Shown piece after piece: positions 10,733 to 20,054 of a stretch of DNA of 32,000 nucleotides; position 1 is the stretch's first letter; every line of letters starts with the position of its first letter. The stretch covers positions 942,075 through 974,074 of the forward strand of contig NZ_OW968186.1 in assembly GCF_943169635.2 (NCBI RefSeq), written 5' to 3'. The DNA is from Fenollaria sporofastidiosus. GTDB lineage: Bacteria > Bacillota > Clostridia > Tissierellales > Peptoniphilaceae. The position numbers were made by a program, and so were the translations under genes. The notes under the pieces were generated by a model. It worked only from the letters and a program-made list of their open reading frames with translations. It made no database searches and was not told where the DNA came from.

Positions 10733-11704
10733 ATGGATTTATTTGAAGAATTAAAAGTTGAAGTAAAAGAAAAACATCCATCGATCGTTTTTCCAGAAGG
10801 TGAAGATGAAAGAGTGCTAAAGGCTGCTTTCAGATTAAAAGAAGAAAATATTTTAGAGCCCATAGTTCTAGGTAAGAGAAGTGAAGTAGAAGAGACTGCA
10901 AAGGCTATATCTAAAGACCTTAATAATATCAATTTCATTGATCCAGCTGAAGCTAAGGACATAGATGAGATGGCTCAAGTATTCTTTGAAAGAAGAAAGG
11001 GCAAGATCACTTTAGAAGATGCAAAGGCTTTATTACTTAAAGACGTTAATTACTTCGGAACTGTCTTAGTATATATGAAGAAGGCAGATGGCCTTGTATC
11101 AGGCGCTGCACACGCAACAAGCGATACAGTTAGACCTGCACTACAAATCATCAAGATGAAGGAAGGATACAAAAAAACTTCTGGTGTCTTCGTTATGGTT
11201 AAGGGCACTGAAAGATATATCTTTGCTGACTGCGCTATCAACATCGCACCTGACTCAAACGACATCGCAGAGACAGCTATACTATCAAATATAACTGCTA
11301 AGAGCTTTGGCGTTGATCCAAAGATTGCACTACTAAGCTTTTCAACAAAGGGCAGTGCTAAGTCAGATGAAACAGAAAAAGTTATTAAGGCACTAGAGAT
11401 AGTTAAGGAAAGAGACGCATCCATTGCAGTAGATGGTGAACTACAATTCGATGCAGCCTTCGTACCATCAGTTGCTGAAAAGAAGGCAAAAGGCTCAGCT
11501 ATAGCAGGCCATGCAAATGTATTCATCTTCCCATCACTAGAAGCAGGTAACATTGGCTACAAGATTGCACAAAGACTTGGTGGATACGATGCTATAGGAC
11601 CCATACTTCAAGGCTTAAACAGTCCAGTTAACGACCTATCAAGAGGCTGCAACTCAGACGACGTTTACAAGCTTGCTTTAATCACAGCAAAACAAGCTTT
11701 ATAA
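10733..11704 (+). CDS. pta: Phosphate acetyltransferase
   Basis: HPSIVFPEGEDERVLKAA..., VSGAAHATSDTVRPALQIIK, LSFSTKGSAKSDETEKV, NVFIFPSLEAGNIGYKIAQRLGG...GPILQGLNSPVNDLSRGC. Confidence 0.96.
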   Translation: MDLFEELKVEVKEKHPSIVFPEGEDERVLKAAFRLKEENILEPIVLGKRSEVEETAKAISKDLNNINFIDPAEAKDIDEMAQVFFERRKGKITLEDAKALLLKDVNYFGTVLVYMKKADGLVSGAAHATSDTVRPALQIIKMKEGYKKTSGVFVMVKGTERYIFADCAINIAPDSNDIAETAILSNITAKSFGVDPKIALLSFSTKGSAKSDETEKVIKALEIVKERDASIAVDGELQFDAAFVPSVAEKKAKGSAIAGHANVFIFPSLEAGNIGYKIAQRLGGYDAIGPILQGLNSPVNDLSRGCNSDDVYKLALITAKQAL

Positions 11705-12189
11705 TGATACTCGTAATGGCAGTCGATGCCAAGTGGGCAATCGGCTACAAAGGGGACATGCTTACAAGGATACCCGAAGACCTTAAGCGCTTCAAAGAGA
11801 TGACCATGGGAGGCGTCTTAGTTATGGGACGCAAGACCTACGACTCGACAGGGGCACTTCCTGGTAGAGAAACTATCATCATGTCACGCTCACTTAAAGA
11901 TGTGGATGGTGCTCACATTGCCCATGATCTTGATGAGTTAAAAAAGATGATAAAAGAAAAATTTTCTGATAAGAAAATATTTTTAGTTGGCGGTTCTCAT
12001 CTTATAGAGCAGCTCATAGATGAAGTAGACGAGGCAGAGATAACTTTTATTAAAAAAGATTTTGAGCCTTATGATACTGTTATGAGGAACCTCGATAAGA
12101 ACGAGGCATTTGAATTAAGTGAGATTAGTGAAGAACATGATTATGACGCAATGAAGTTTGAGTATCGAAAGTATATTAGAAAGAAATAA
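11704..12189 (+). CDS. folA: Dihydrofolate reductase
   Basis: MILVMAVDAKWAIGYKGDMLTRIPEDLKRFKEMTMGGVLVMGRKTYDS...LPGRETIIMSR...IFLVGGSHL. One-nt overlap with pta (TAATG). Confidence 0.93.
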   Translation: MILVMAVDAKWAIGYKGDMLTRIPEDLKRFKEMTMGGVLVMGRKTYDSTGALPGRETIIMSRSLKDVDGAHIAHDLDELKKMIKEKFSDKKIFLVGGSHLIEQLIDEVDEAEITFIKKDFEPYDTVMRNLDKNEAFELSEISEEHDYDAMKFEYRKYIRKK

Positions 12190-12201
12190 AATTATCAATA
12201 T

Positions 12202-12240
12202 AAACCCTCTTTACTAAAGCAGTAGAGAGGGTTTTATTTT
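12202..12240 (+). terminator. Rho-independent terminator downstream of folA
   Basis: AAACCCTCTTTACT (12202-12215) / AGTAGAGAGGGTTT (12221-12234), 14 bp stem with one G-U, followed by TTTATTTT-type tract. Confidence 0.88.
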
Positions 12241-12310
12241 GCATATAGATTATTTTGAAGTGCATATTATTTAAAATAATTTATTAAAAAGTTACTTATT
12301 ATTTTGAATT

Positions 12311-12345
12311 ATAAAAAACTCTCAAGTATTACACTTAAGAGTTTT
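12311..12345 (-). terminator. Rho-independent terminator for the minus-strand lipoprotein gene
   Basis: AAAACTCT (12315-12322) / AGAGTTTT (12338-12345) with additional AAGT/ACTT inner pairing. On the minus strand the hairpin runs into TTTTTTAT. Confidence 0.7.
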
Positions 12346-12360
12346 GATGAGAAATCTTAA

Positions 12361-13302
12361 TTATCTACGATAAGTAAGATTGTATATGTTCATATCTTCA
12401 TCGTAAAAAAAGTCATAATAAAGTATTGGTTTAGTAGCATCGCCCAAATACTTAATTAGTATCTCGATAGCTTTGCCTTGCATACTTTTATCAGCAAAAA
12501 CATCCTTTGCTTCTTTTTCTGCAATATTAATCTGAGGCTCTGGGTAATTGCTATTTAATGAATCGATATCATTAAGAATCATATCATATAGATTTTTAAT
12601 GTCTTCTTCTTTTGCACCTATATTACCAAAGTATGCTTTGAATGCTTCGTAGTCTTTAGACTTGACTGTGCCAATGACTTCAAGCGATTTATTTATAAAT
12701 GCCTTGTATTTTTCTTTTAGCTCATCTTGATTTTCTTCAAAGTCTGCCGTACTTAGCTGGAAACTTATAAGCTGATTAGCAATATTTCTTGCAAGATTAA
12801 AATATATCTTTTTCTTTTCGCCTTGGCATAGCGCTTGGTAGATGTAAGCCTTACTACCATCTCCATCTTGACCTGACTCGATTGATACCTTTTCAATCTT
12901 TACAATATCGCCAGAGATTTCTAGTGGTTTTAGAGCCTCTATAATTAGATTTGGATCTTTATCTACCGCAGTTTTTGCACTGCCGGCTAGGCTTGACTTT
13001 ATCTTGTCAATATCCTTAGAACAAAGCAGTTTAATATTTTTTTCAATCCACTCTTTATCATTATCAGTCATTTCAACTTGCCATACAGTATCTTTGACTA
13101 GACTATTGTCATTTGCCGCATCATTTGAACTTTCTTCAGATGTTTCCTTTTTTTCGGTACTTGAGCTTGCTTCTTTTTTATCTTCACTCGCTATCTTTGT
13201 TTCATTATTTGTTTTAGCTTTGTCGTTAGGCTTATCACTTGAGCAGGACGAACAGATAAGCATCATAATAGTTAAGCTCATACATAAAAAAATTTTTTTC
13301 AT
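12361..13302 (-). CDS. Hypothetical lipoprotein
   Basis: MKKIFLCMSLTIMMLICSSCSSDKPN: signal peptide with lipobox-like ICSSC, then a low-complexity S/E/K-rich linker. Confidence 0.75.
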   Translation of the reverse strand: MKKIFLCMSLTIMMLICSSCSSDKPNDKAKTNNETKIASEDKKEASSSTEKKETSEESSNDAANDNSLVKDTVWQVEMTDNDKEWIEKNIKLLCSKDIDKIKSSLAGSAKTAVDKDPNLIIEALKPLEISGDIVKIEKVSIESGQDGDGSKAYIYQALCQGEKKKIYFNLARNIANQLISFQLSTADFEENQDELKEKYKAFINKSLEVIGTVKSKDYEAFKAYFGNIGAKEEDIKNLYDMILNDIDSLNSNYPEPQINIAEKEAKDVFADKSMQGKAIEILIKYLGDATKPILYYDFFYDEDMNIYNLTYRR

Positions 13303-13469
13303 AGATTTACACCCCCTATGATTGATTAATTATACATATATATTGTAAAGAAAAAGACAAAAATATATTAATTAAGTGTTAAATTCACTTATATTAAGAT
13401 TACTATAATTTATATATACTTTATATGCTATGATCAAATCAAGAATACAAAGACAAAGGAGAAGGTCTT

Positions 13470-14747
13470 ATGGAAAAAAACAAAAATGCAAAGAAGGGTT
13501 TTCACTACGCATGGGTCATGTTATTTGTGGCGACACTTACATTAGGGGTCTACGTGCCTATAGTGAACTCATTATCTAACAGCTGACAACTAGCTGTAAC
13601 AAAAGACTTAGGTTTCTCAAGAACTGCCTTTAGCTTAGGAGGCACCATAGCTCAATCAATTGGTATCTTCTTAGGACCTATCATGTCATACTACTTAACA
13701 AAGTATAACTTCAAACGCATATGGACAGTGGCGGCAGTATTATTTGCTTGTGCAGTCTTCGGTTATTCGATGGCACAAAACCAATACCACTTCTACATAT
13801 TAGCAGTAGTAGTAGGTGCGTGCTACATAGCGACAGCCCACATACCTATGATGATGCTTATCAACAACTGGTTCGAAGACAAAATCGGCCTTGCGACATC
13901 CATCGCCGTATCTGGCATTTCAGGTGGTGGCGCACTACTTAGCCCAATCATCAACAGTCTTATCAAAAACGTTGGTTGGAGAATGTCATATCGTGTTTAT
14001 GCATTCATTATCCTAGCTTTGGCAATAGTTTTCGGTGTCTTCTTAATATATCTTAAGCCAGAGGACAAGGGTTTACAGCCCTATGGTCATGGTGAAGACG
14101 ATGAAGCAAAAGAAATTAAAAAGAAGAAAGACAACGACTACTCGCTAAATGTTGGACTATCGATCAGTGCATCTATCACATGCATATTCTTTATATTCTT
14201 AATATTGGGAGCCGTGATGAATGGTCTTTCAAACGGAGCGACACTACAGTTTCCACCTGCGCTTATAGGTGCGGCAGGCTACGACGTTGCAAGCGCTGTC
14301 ATGGCTACCTACTTAGTACTAGGCGTCTTCGGTAAACTATTGCTAGGAAGGATAGCCGACAAGTATGGCATCTACCACGCACTAGCCTTCGGAGCATCAA
14401 TGCTTGCTTTAACATTCGTTGCAATGCTATTTATAGACAAGGCATGGGGACCATACCTAATGGCAGTTATCTTCGGTTTTGGCTTAGCTATCGGCTCAGT
14501 TATACCACCACTAATCACATCAACTATATTCAACAGAGAAGTCTACGGTGAAGCATATGGCTTTGTAACATCAGGCGTGCAAATAGGTGCTGCGATGGGA
14601 CCACTTATCGTTTCATATATATTCGACAGCCAAGGCTCATACACATGGGCGTGGATACTAAACATCGCTTTTGCACTACTAACAGGTTTCTTCTGGTTCT
14701 TAGCACACAAGAGCGCTGAAAAATATAAAGACAAGAGTGAAAAGTAG
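13470..14747 (+). pseudogene. MFS transporter (OFA-like), interrupted by one in-frame TGA at 13584-13586
   Basis: Same frame reads MEKNKNAKKGFHYAWVMLFVATLTLGVYVPIVNSLSNS*QLAVTKDLGFSRTAFSLGGTIAQSIGIFLGPIMSYYLTKYNFKRIW.... The ORF track reports only 13683-14747. GGAG ribosome-binding site is upstream of ATG 13470. Confidence 0.8.
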
Positions 14748-14756
14748 GAGGACGAT

Positions 14757-15914
14757 ATGGATAAATATATTGAAATACTTAAAAGACTTATAGAGTTTAA
14801 ATCAGTTAACGACGGCGAAAAAGAAGTAGCTGAGTACATCGAAGGCCTATTCAAAGCTTATGACAATGTTACTACAGAGATTATCGACTCATATCCAGGT
14901 AGATCAAACATCATAGTCAAGCTTAAAGGCAAGGCACCTGGCAAAGTCTTTGCGGTATCAGGCCACTTAGACGTAGTTGCGGCTGCTGATGGATGGACGC
15001 ATCCGCCATTTACCCCTGAAATTATCGATGGCAATATGTATGGCAGAGGTACTTGCGATATGAAGGCAGGAGTTGCTGCAGGCCTTTATATGTTACTTGA
15101 CTTCATAGAAGAAAAAACAGAGTTCAATGGAGAAATTTGGTTCATAGGTACAGTTGGTGAAGAGGTTGGTATGCAAGGCGCACTTGATTTAGTAGAAGGC
15201 GGCTACCTTGATGATGTAGACGCAATCATTATACCAGAGCCAACAAAGAGAGACGGCGAGAACCAAGCAATATTTGCATCAAAAGGATCCATAATGTACG
15301 CAGTGAACGCAGAAGGTAAGACTGCTCACTCATCAATGCCAGAATTAGGCATCAACGCCATCATGACACTTGCTGAGTTCATACTCAAAGTTCAAAAACA
15401 ATTTGACGAAGTAACAGTGACTAAAAAATATCAAAATGCCAATCTTGGCTCAACTATAAATGTATTTTCTATGATAGAAGGCGGACTTCAATTCAACTCC
15501 GTGCCAGATAAGGCTACTGTGAAGGGTAACATACGTACAGTGCCAGAGTTTAGCTGCGATGACTCTATAGACTTATTAGAGAAAGCCATAGAAGAGAACA
15601 ACAAAGACGAGAGCAAGGCAAAGCTATCACTTGATCTAGTTCAAGTTCTAGATGCAGCAGAGTCGAAGAAAGACAGCAAACTTATTGAAGCACTTAAAGC
15701 GTCAGCACCAAATAAGAACGTTTGTGTTAAGCCACTTATCGGTACATGCGAGCTATCTCGCTACATCCACATCAAAGACGACATAGACCCTGTGGTTTAT
15801 GGACCAGGTCTTACAAAGATGGCACACAAAGTAGATGAATACATCGAACTAGACGAGTACATCGACACTATAGAGATATTTAAGAAAACAGCATTAAAAT
15901 ATTTAAACGAATAA
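14757..15914 (+). CDS. M20-family metallopeptidase (ArgE/DapE-like)
   Basis: KVFAVSGHLDVVAAADGWTHPPFTPEIIDGNMYGRGTCDMKAGVAAGLYML and GTVGEEVGMQGA; good RBS TAGGAGGACGATATG. Confidence 0.92.
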   Translation: MDKYIEILKRLIEFKSVNDGEKEVAEYIEGLFKAYDNVTTEIIDSYPGRSNIIVKLKGKAPGKVFAVSGHLDVVAAADGWTHPPFTPEIIDGNMYGRGTCDMKAGVAAGLYMLLDFIEEKTEFNGEIWFIGTVGEEVGMQGALDLVEGGYLDDVDAIIIPEPTKRDGENQAIFASKGSIMYAVNAEGKTAHSSMPELGINAIMTLAEFILKVQKQFDEVTVTKKYQNANLGSTINVFSMIEGGLQFNSVPDKATVKGNIRTVPEFSCDDSIDLLEKAIEENNKDESKAKLSLDLVQVLDAAESKKDSKLIEALKASAPNKNVCVKPLIGTCELSRYIHIKDDIDPVVYGPGLTKMAHKVDEYIELDEYIDTIEIFKKTALKYLNE

Positions 15915-15928
15915 AATTTGTATAAAGT

Positions 15929-15956
15929 AAGGCTACTCATCTGAGTAGCCTTTTTC
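15929..15956 (+). terminator. Rho-independent terminator after M20 peptidase gene
   Basis: AAGGCTACTCA (15929-15939) / TGAGTAGCCTT (15942-15952), followed by TTT. Confidence 0.85.
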
Positions 15957-15965
15957 ATGTGTATA

Positions 15966-17294
15966 TTATTTTTCTTCTTTTTCTTCTTTCTCTTCTTCTT
16001 TTTCTTCTTTCTCTATCTCTTTTTCTTCTTTCGAGCCTGTCATTATCTCTTGATATATTTCCATGAAGAGACTTAGGTCGGCCTCTCTCTTAAAATTATC
16101 TACAACGGACTGGTATAGGTCCTCGGCTAGTGACATAACGACTTCTTTATTCTTATCGCTCGCAGCGAGCTTTATGACTAGTAGTCCTTGGAAGATGGCT
16201 CTTACTACGCTTGCGTCACTTTCGCCATAAGTAATGAGTGGATGTGTAAACTCAACAAGCACGTCTTTGAAGCTCTTGCTTGTGTAATAAATTCTTGCCT
16301 TGCCATCAGTTTTGATGTAGTGATGGTTCGAGTCGACATTAGCAAGATGCGAAAGTAGTATTGAGAGCTTTCTTATACAATGTATCGCTGTGTTGGGATC
16401 GTTGATACCAGGTGATAAAGCACGAGCAGCGATTTCGACTATCTTTCTTAAGCCAACTTTATAATCTTCATCAGAAATTCTTGTTTCGGTGAAAAGAAAT
16501 TGTTTTTGAATTTTTTCAATTGTCTCATCGTCAAGTGAGTCTTTGCTCAAGTAGCCAAGTGTTTGCTTTTGAGTAATGAAGTCGCCCTTAGAAACTTCTA
16601 TGGTGAAGACTATGTCCTCATCTTCGATTATCTTTTTAATCTTATCTATGTCTATGATTTCAAGATAGCCAGACTCTAAAGCGGCGATTCTCTTTTCTTT
16701 CTTAGTCCACTCTGCTTTCTCTAGTAATTCAAAGTCGCGCTCTTCAAGCTCTTTTGCTATCATCTTGTCAGTTTTATCTGCTATGTCTTCAAGAAGCTTA
16801 GAATAATTTACTCCAGATAAAACATTTTGCACGAAGATAACGAAGTATATTGCGCCCCATATTGCATATATCACGCCAATGGTACCAGCGATAACAAGTC
16901 TTTGGTCCTCTCCAGACTTCATAAAGTTAAGGCTCACTAAGCAGTAAACGAAGCCACCTATGAATATACCTAAGACCTTCATAGTTATCTTCTTGTCTAG
17001 GAAATTTTCAACGCTTCTAGGTGTGAAGGAGTTGTGATACAGAGTGAAAACTGTAAGTATGGTCGAGAATGTAAAGGTAGTGATTGTTAATAGGGCTGAT
17101 ACTAGTGATGAAAGCACTGTCATTGCTAGTTCAACACTTGATAGCATGATGCGCGGCACGTACTTAGTTAGACCCGAGTAGCTGCTGTCTATGTAGGTTA
17201 CTATCGCAAGTAGTATTACAGAGTAGAAAATGTATTCAAGGCAGTATATCCACCTTCTGTTGTTGTAGAAAAATAATTTAATTTTGTTTTTCAT
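15966..17294 (-). CDS. DUF2254-family membrane protein
   Basis: N-terminal TM helices, SALLTITTFTFSTILTVFTLYHNSFTPRSVENFLDKKITMKVLGIFIGGFVYCL and RALSPGINDPNTAIHCIRKLS typical of DUF2254. Glu/Lys repeat C-terminus. Confidence 0.85.
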   Translation of the reverse strand: MKNKIKLFFYNNRRWIYCLEYIFYSVILLAIVTYIDSSYSGLTKYVPRIMLSSVELAMTVLSSLVSALLTITTFTFSTILTVFTLYHNSFTPRSVENFLDKKITMKVLGIFIGGFVYCLVSLNFMKSGEDQRLVIAGTIGVIYAIWGAIYFVIFVQNVLSGVNYSKLLEDIADKTDKMIAKELEERDFELLEKAEWTKKEKRIAALESGYLEIIDIDKIKKIIEDEDIVFTIEVSKGDFITQKQTLGYLSKDSLDDETIEKIQKQFLFTETRISDEDYKVGLRKIVEIAARALSPGINDPNTAIHCIRKLSILLSHLANVDSNHHYIKTDGKARIYYTSKSFKDVLVEFTHPLITYGESDASVVRAIFQGLLVIKLAASDKNKEVVMSLAEDLYQSVVDNFKREADLSLFMEIYQEIMTGSKEEKEIEKEEKEEEKEEKEEK

Positions 17295-17413
17295 ATCCTC
17301 ACCATCCTTTTATATATTATAGCACATAATGTGTTAATAAAGAAAGCCACTGTGGGTATATATAGTTAGCAATAGCTAAGGAAATAATTTGCTATTAGTG
17401 AAAGAGGTGTATT

Positions 17414-18799
17414 ATGGAAAAGATTATTGATTTGGATATGACTGTTGCTGATTTAGTAAGTAAGTATCCAGATATTAAAGATGTACTAATCGAAATTGGC
17501 TTTAAGGAGTTACAAAACAAGCTTATGCTTAACAGCGTTGGTAAGTTTATGACATTAAAGAGGGGCTCTGTTGTTAAAAATATTAGCATGGATATTATTA
17601 AGAAGAAGCTTATCGAACACGGCTATACGATTAAAGAGAGTGAAATAAGTAATGATGACAAGGCAAGGCTTGACAAGCTTAAGACATTTATCGAAAGACT
17701 AAGTCAAGGTGAGGACATCGAGACTGTGAGAGCTGACTTTGCTAAGGAGTTTTCTGATGTCGATAGTAAAGAGATAATGAAGGCGGAAGAAGAGATTATC
17801 GCCTCTGGTGTGCCTATAAAGGAAGTGCAAAAACTTTGCGACGTTCACAGTGCACTCTTCCATGGTGCAACTGAGACAGAGAAGGGCAAGAAGCTTAAGG
17901 CGATAGACGAGCTAGGTCATCCTATATATAACTTGCATATGGAGAACAATGTCATTTCTGAGCTTATTGATGAGGCGCTTGCATTATTAGATAAAAAGGA
18001 TTATAGTGCAGTTGACATTGAGAAACTTAGAAAGATACGCGTGCATTACACAAAGAAGGGCGATCTTATATATCCACTATTAAAGGTTAAGTACAATATA
18101 CCCGGTCCTTCGGATGTAATGTGGTCTGTCGATGACGAAATTAGAGATGCATTTAAAAAACTTGATACAAGTAATAGAGACGAGGCATGGGCAGATGCAC
18201 TTAGAAAGAATCTTCAAAGAGCGAAAGAGATGATATACAAGGAAGAAAACATATTGTTCCCAACTATTGAGGACAAGTTTACTGATGAGGAGTGGCACAA
18301 TATATATGAAGACTTCAAAGCATATAGCGGTGGTCTTAGAGATGATGATGAGTGGAAGAGAGATACTTCTAATACTAATGAGGCAAAGTCTTCTTATCAA
18401 AGCTCTATGATAGAACTTAAGGGTGGACACTTTAAACTTGATGAGCTTGAAGCGCTATTAAATACAATGCCTTATGAGATTACCTTTGTTGATGCAAACG
18501 ATATAAACGCTTTCTTTAATTATAATGGCAGAGAAAAATTATTCAAAAGACCAATGACAGCTATCGGACGCGATGTATATAGCTGCCATCCACCAAAGAT
18601 TGAAGCCATGGTTAGAGAGATAATAGCTATGTTTAAGAGCGGAGCAAAGGATCAACTTGGCATATGGATGAATAAGGAAGGTCATGATTGCTACGTCTTA
18701 TACATGGCGGTAAGGGACGAGACCGGTAAGTACCTTGGAACTATGGAGTTAGTTCAAGAGATGGACTTTGCAAAAGAACACTTTAAAGATAATAAATAA
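17414..18799 (+). CDS. DUF438 protein (DUF1858 N-terminal, hemerythrin-like and PAS-like regions)
   Basis: MEKIIDLDMTVADLVSKYPDIKDVLIEIGFKEL; KEVQKLCDVHSALFHG; LRKIRVHYTKKGDLIYPLL; KEENILFPTIEDKFTDEEWHNIYED; C-terminal PAS-like HPPKIEAMVREIIAMF. Confidence 0.87.
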   Translation: MEKIIDLDMTVADLVSKYPDIKDVLIEIGFKELQNKLMLNSVGKFMTLKRGSVVKNISMDIIKKKLIEHGYTIKESEISNDDKARLDKLKTFIERLSQGEDIETVRADFAKEFSDVDSKEIMKAEEEIIASGVPIKEVQKLCDVHSALFHGATETEKGKKLKAIDELGHPIYNLHMENNVISELIDEALALLDKKDYSAVDIEKLRKIRVHYTKKGDLIYPLLKVKYNIPGPSDVMWSVDDEIRDAFKKLDTSNRDEAWADALRKNLQRAKEMIYKEENILFPTIEDKFTDEEWHNIYEDFKAYSGGLRDDDEWKRDTSNTNEAKSSYQSSMIELKGGHFKLDELEALLNTMPYEITFVDANDINAFFNYNGREKLFKRPMTAIGRDVYSCHPPKIEAMVREIIAMFKSGAKDQLGIWMNKEGHDCYVLYMAVRDETGKYLGTMELVQEMDFAKEHFKDNK

Positions 18800-18813
18800 A
18801 AATTATTTTGATT

Positions 18814-18848
18814 AAAGGACTTGAGGCAATTGCTTTAAGTCCTTTTTT
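18814..18848 (+). terminator. Rho-independent terminator after DUF438 gene
   Basis: AAAGGACTT (18814-18822) / AAGTCCTTT (18837-18845) with inner GCAATTGC self-pairing, followed by T tract. Confidence 0.8.
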
Positions 18849-18922
18849 ACACATAATGTTTCTTTGATAATTGATTTTTGCACCTGATTGTGGTAAAATG
18901 TATACATAATGGAGGGGATGAA

Positions 18923-19426
18923 ATGAGAAACAAATATGAAGATGCTATCAAACTTCTTGAAGACAATGGTATCAGATATGAATCAGTTAAGCATCCACCT
19001 GCATTTACTACTGAGGAGGCTGACAAGTATATCGAGGGTAAGATTGGCTGTAGAACTAAGACTATGTTTATGACTGATCAAAAGAAGAGACGCTTTTACA
19101 TGCTTGTTATGGATGACAAGGACAGACTCGATATGAAAGAGTTCGCTGAAATTGCAAACGAAAAGAGAGTGAAGATGGCGTCCGAGGAGACTCTATACGA
19201 AAAGCTTGGCAATGAAGCTGGATGTGTATCGCCCTTTGGTCTTCTTAATGACACAGAAAAAGAAGTTCAGTTCTACTTTGACAATGCTATATTAAAAGAA
19301 GAGATAATGACCTTCCACCCAAACATCAATACAGAAACATTATTTTTTAAAACTGAAGATTTATTTAAGATGCTTGAGACTATGGGCTACGAGGTTCATT
19401 TCGTTGACTTAAATAATGAAGAATAA
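18923..19426 (+). CDS. YbaK/ProX-like aminoacyl-tRNA deacylase
   Basis: MRNKYEDAIKLLEDNGIRYESVKHPPAFTTEEADKYIEG...KTMFMTDQKKRRFYMLVMDDKDRLDMKEFAEIANEKRVKMASEETLYEKLGNEAGCVSPFGLLND. GGAGGGG RBS upstream of ATG 18923. Confidence 0.88.
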   Translation: MRNKYEDAIKLLEDNGIRYESVKHPPAFTTEEADKYIEGKIGCRTKTMFMTDQKKRRFYMLVMDDKDRLDMKEFAEIANEKRVKMASEETLYEKLGNEAGCVSPFGLLNDTEKEVQFYFDNAILKEEIMTFHPNINTETLFFKTEDLFKMLETMGYEVHFVDLNNEE

Positions 19427-20054
19427 AATTTTTGCACTGGCGATTGTTTTATTGCTGGCGTTTCTAGCTTTTTCACGAGTAGAGACTACTGAAAAATGCA
19501 TAGTTATAGACGAGGAACTTGGCGAAATAGAGATGAGCTTGTCCAAGCCAATATTTGCGAGGTTTTATAATAAAGTTACTTTTACAAAAGATAATTTATC
19601 TAAAACAAAAACTTTTGATGGTAAGTACAAGCTCAATATATACAAGGTCGACTTAGGTAGGGTTAATGATGAGAACAAGTTTGACATCGCTTTTGGTGTT
19701 TACTCGATAGCTCCTTGGCACAGAACGCCATCGAAGCGAGTCTTCTTGTATAAGGTAGTGGGACTTGAGTTGAAGCCAAAGTTTCGCTGCTCGAGGCTAA
19801 TCAATCCAATGTATGATTTTATCTTGTATGATATCGATGGTGACGCATTTGATGAAATCGTATCTATTGAAAAATACAAAGGCGTTTACTCAATCGGCAT
19901 ATATAAGCAGTACGATATGCTCATAGAGCGAATCGCGACTAAAAAAATAAATTTTCGCCCAACAAAATTAATAAAGAGCGATAAATTATATATAGAGGGT
20001 ATAAATATAAAAAAGGAAATACAATTTTCAAAGGAGGGTATTGATTTAAAATGA
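19416..20054 (+). CDS. Hypothetical exported or membrane-anchored protein
   Basis: MKNKIFALAIVLLLAFLAFSRVE signal/anchor; overlaps both neighbours. Contains a PIWHRTPSKRVFLYKVVG-like region and FG-GAP-like IDGDAFDEIVSIEKYK. Confidence 0.65.
   Translation: MKNKIFALAIVLLLAFLAFSRVETTEKCIVIDEELGEIEMSLSKPIFARFYNKVTFTKDNLSKTKTFDGKYKLNIYKVDLGRVNDENKFDIAFGVYSIAPWHRTPSKRVFLYKVVGLELKPKFRCSRLINPMYDFILYDIDGDAFDEIVSIEKYKGVYSIGIYKQYDMLIERIATKKINFRPTKLIKSDKLYIEGINIKKEIQFSKEGIDLK

Noticed and set aside
10387-10962. 191 aa minus-strand ORF over the chromate transporter and pta
   Set aside because: Covers two clearly conserved genes on the opposite strand; serine/threonine-rich shadow translation with no recognisable domain.
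11050-11553. 167 aa minus-strand ORF inside pta
   Set aside because: Antisense to a well-supported conserved coding region; composition matches a shadow ORF of pta.
13584-13586. Selenocysteine as the confident explanation of the MFS TGA
   Set aside because: The hairpin is short and placed around, not properly downstream of, the codon, and MFS transporters are not an established selenoprotein family. Kept only as a test option.
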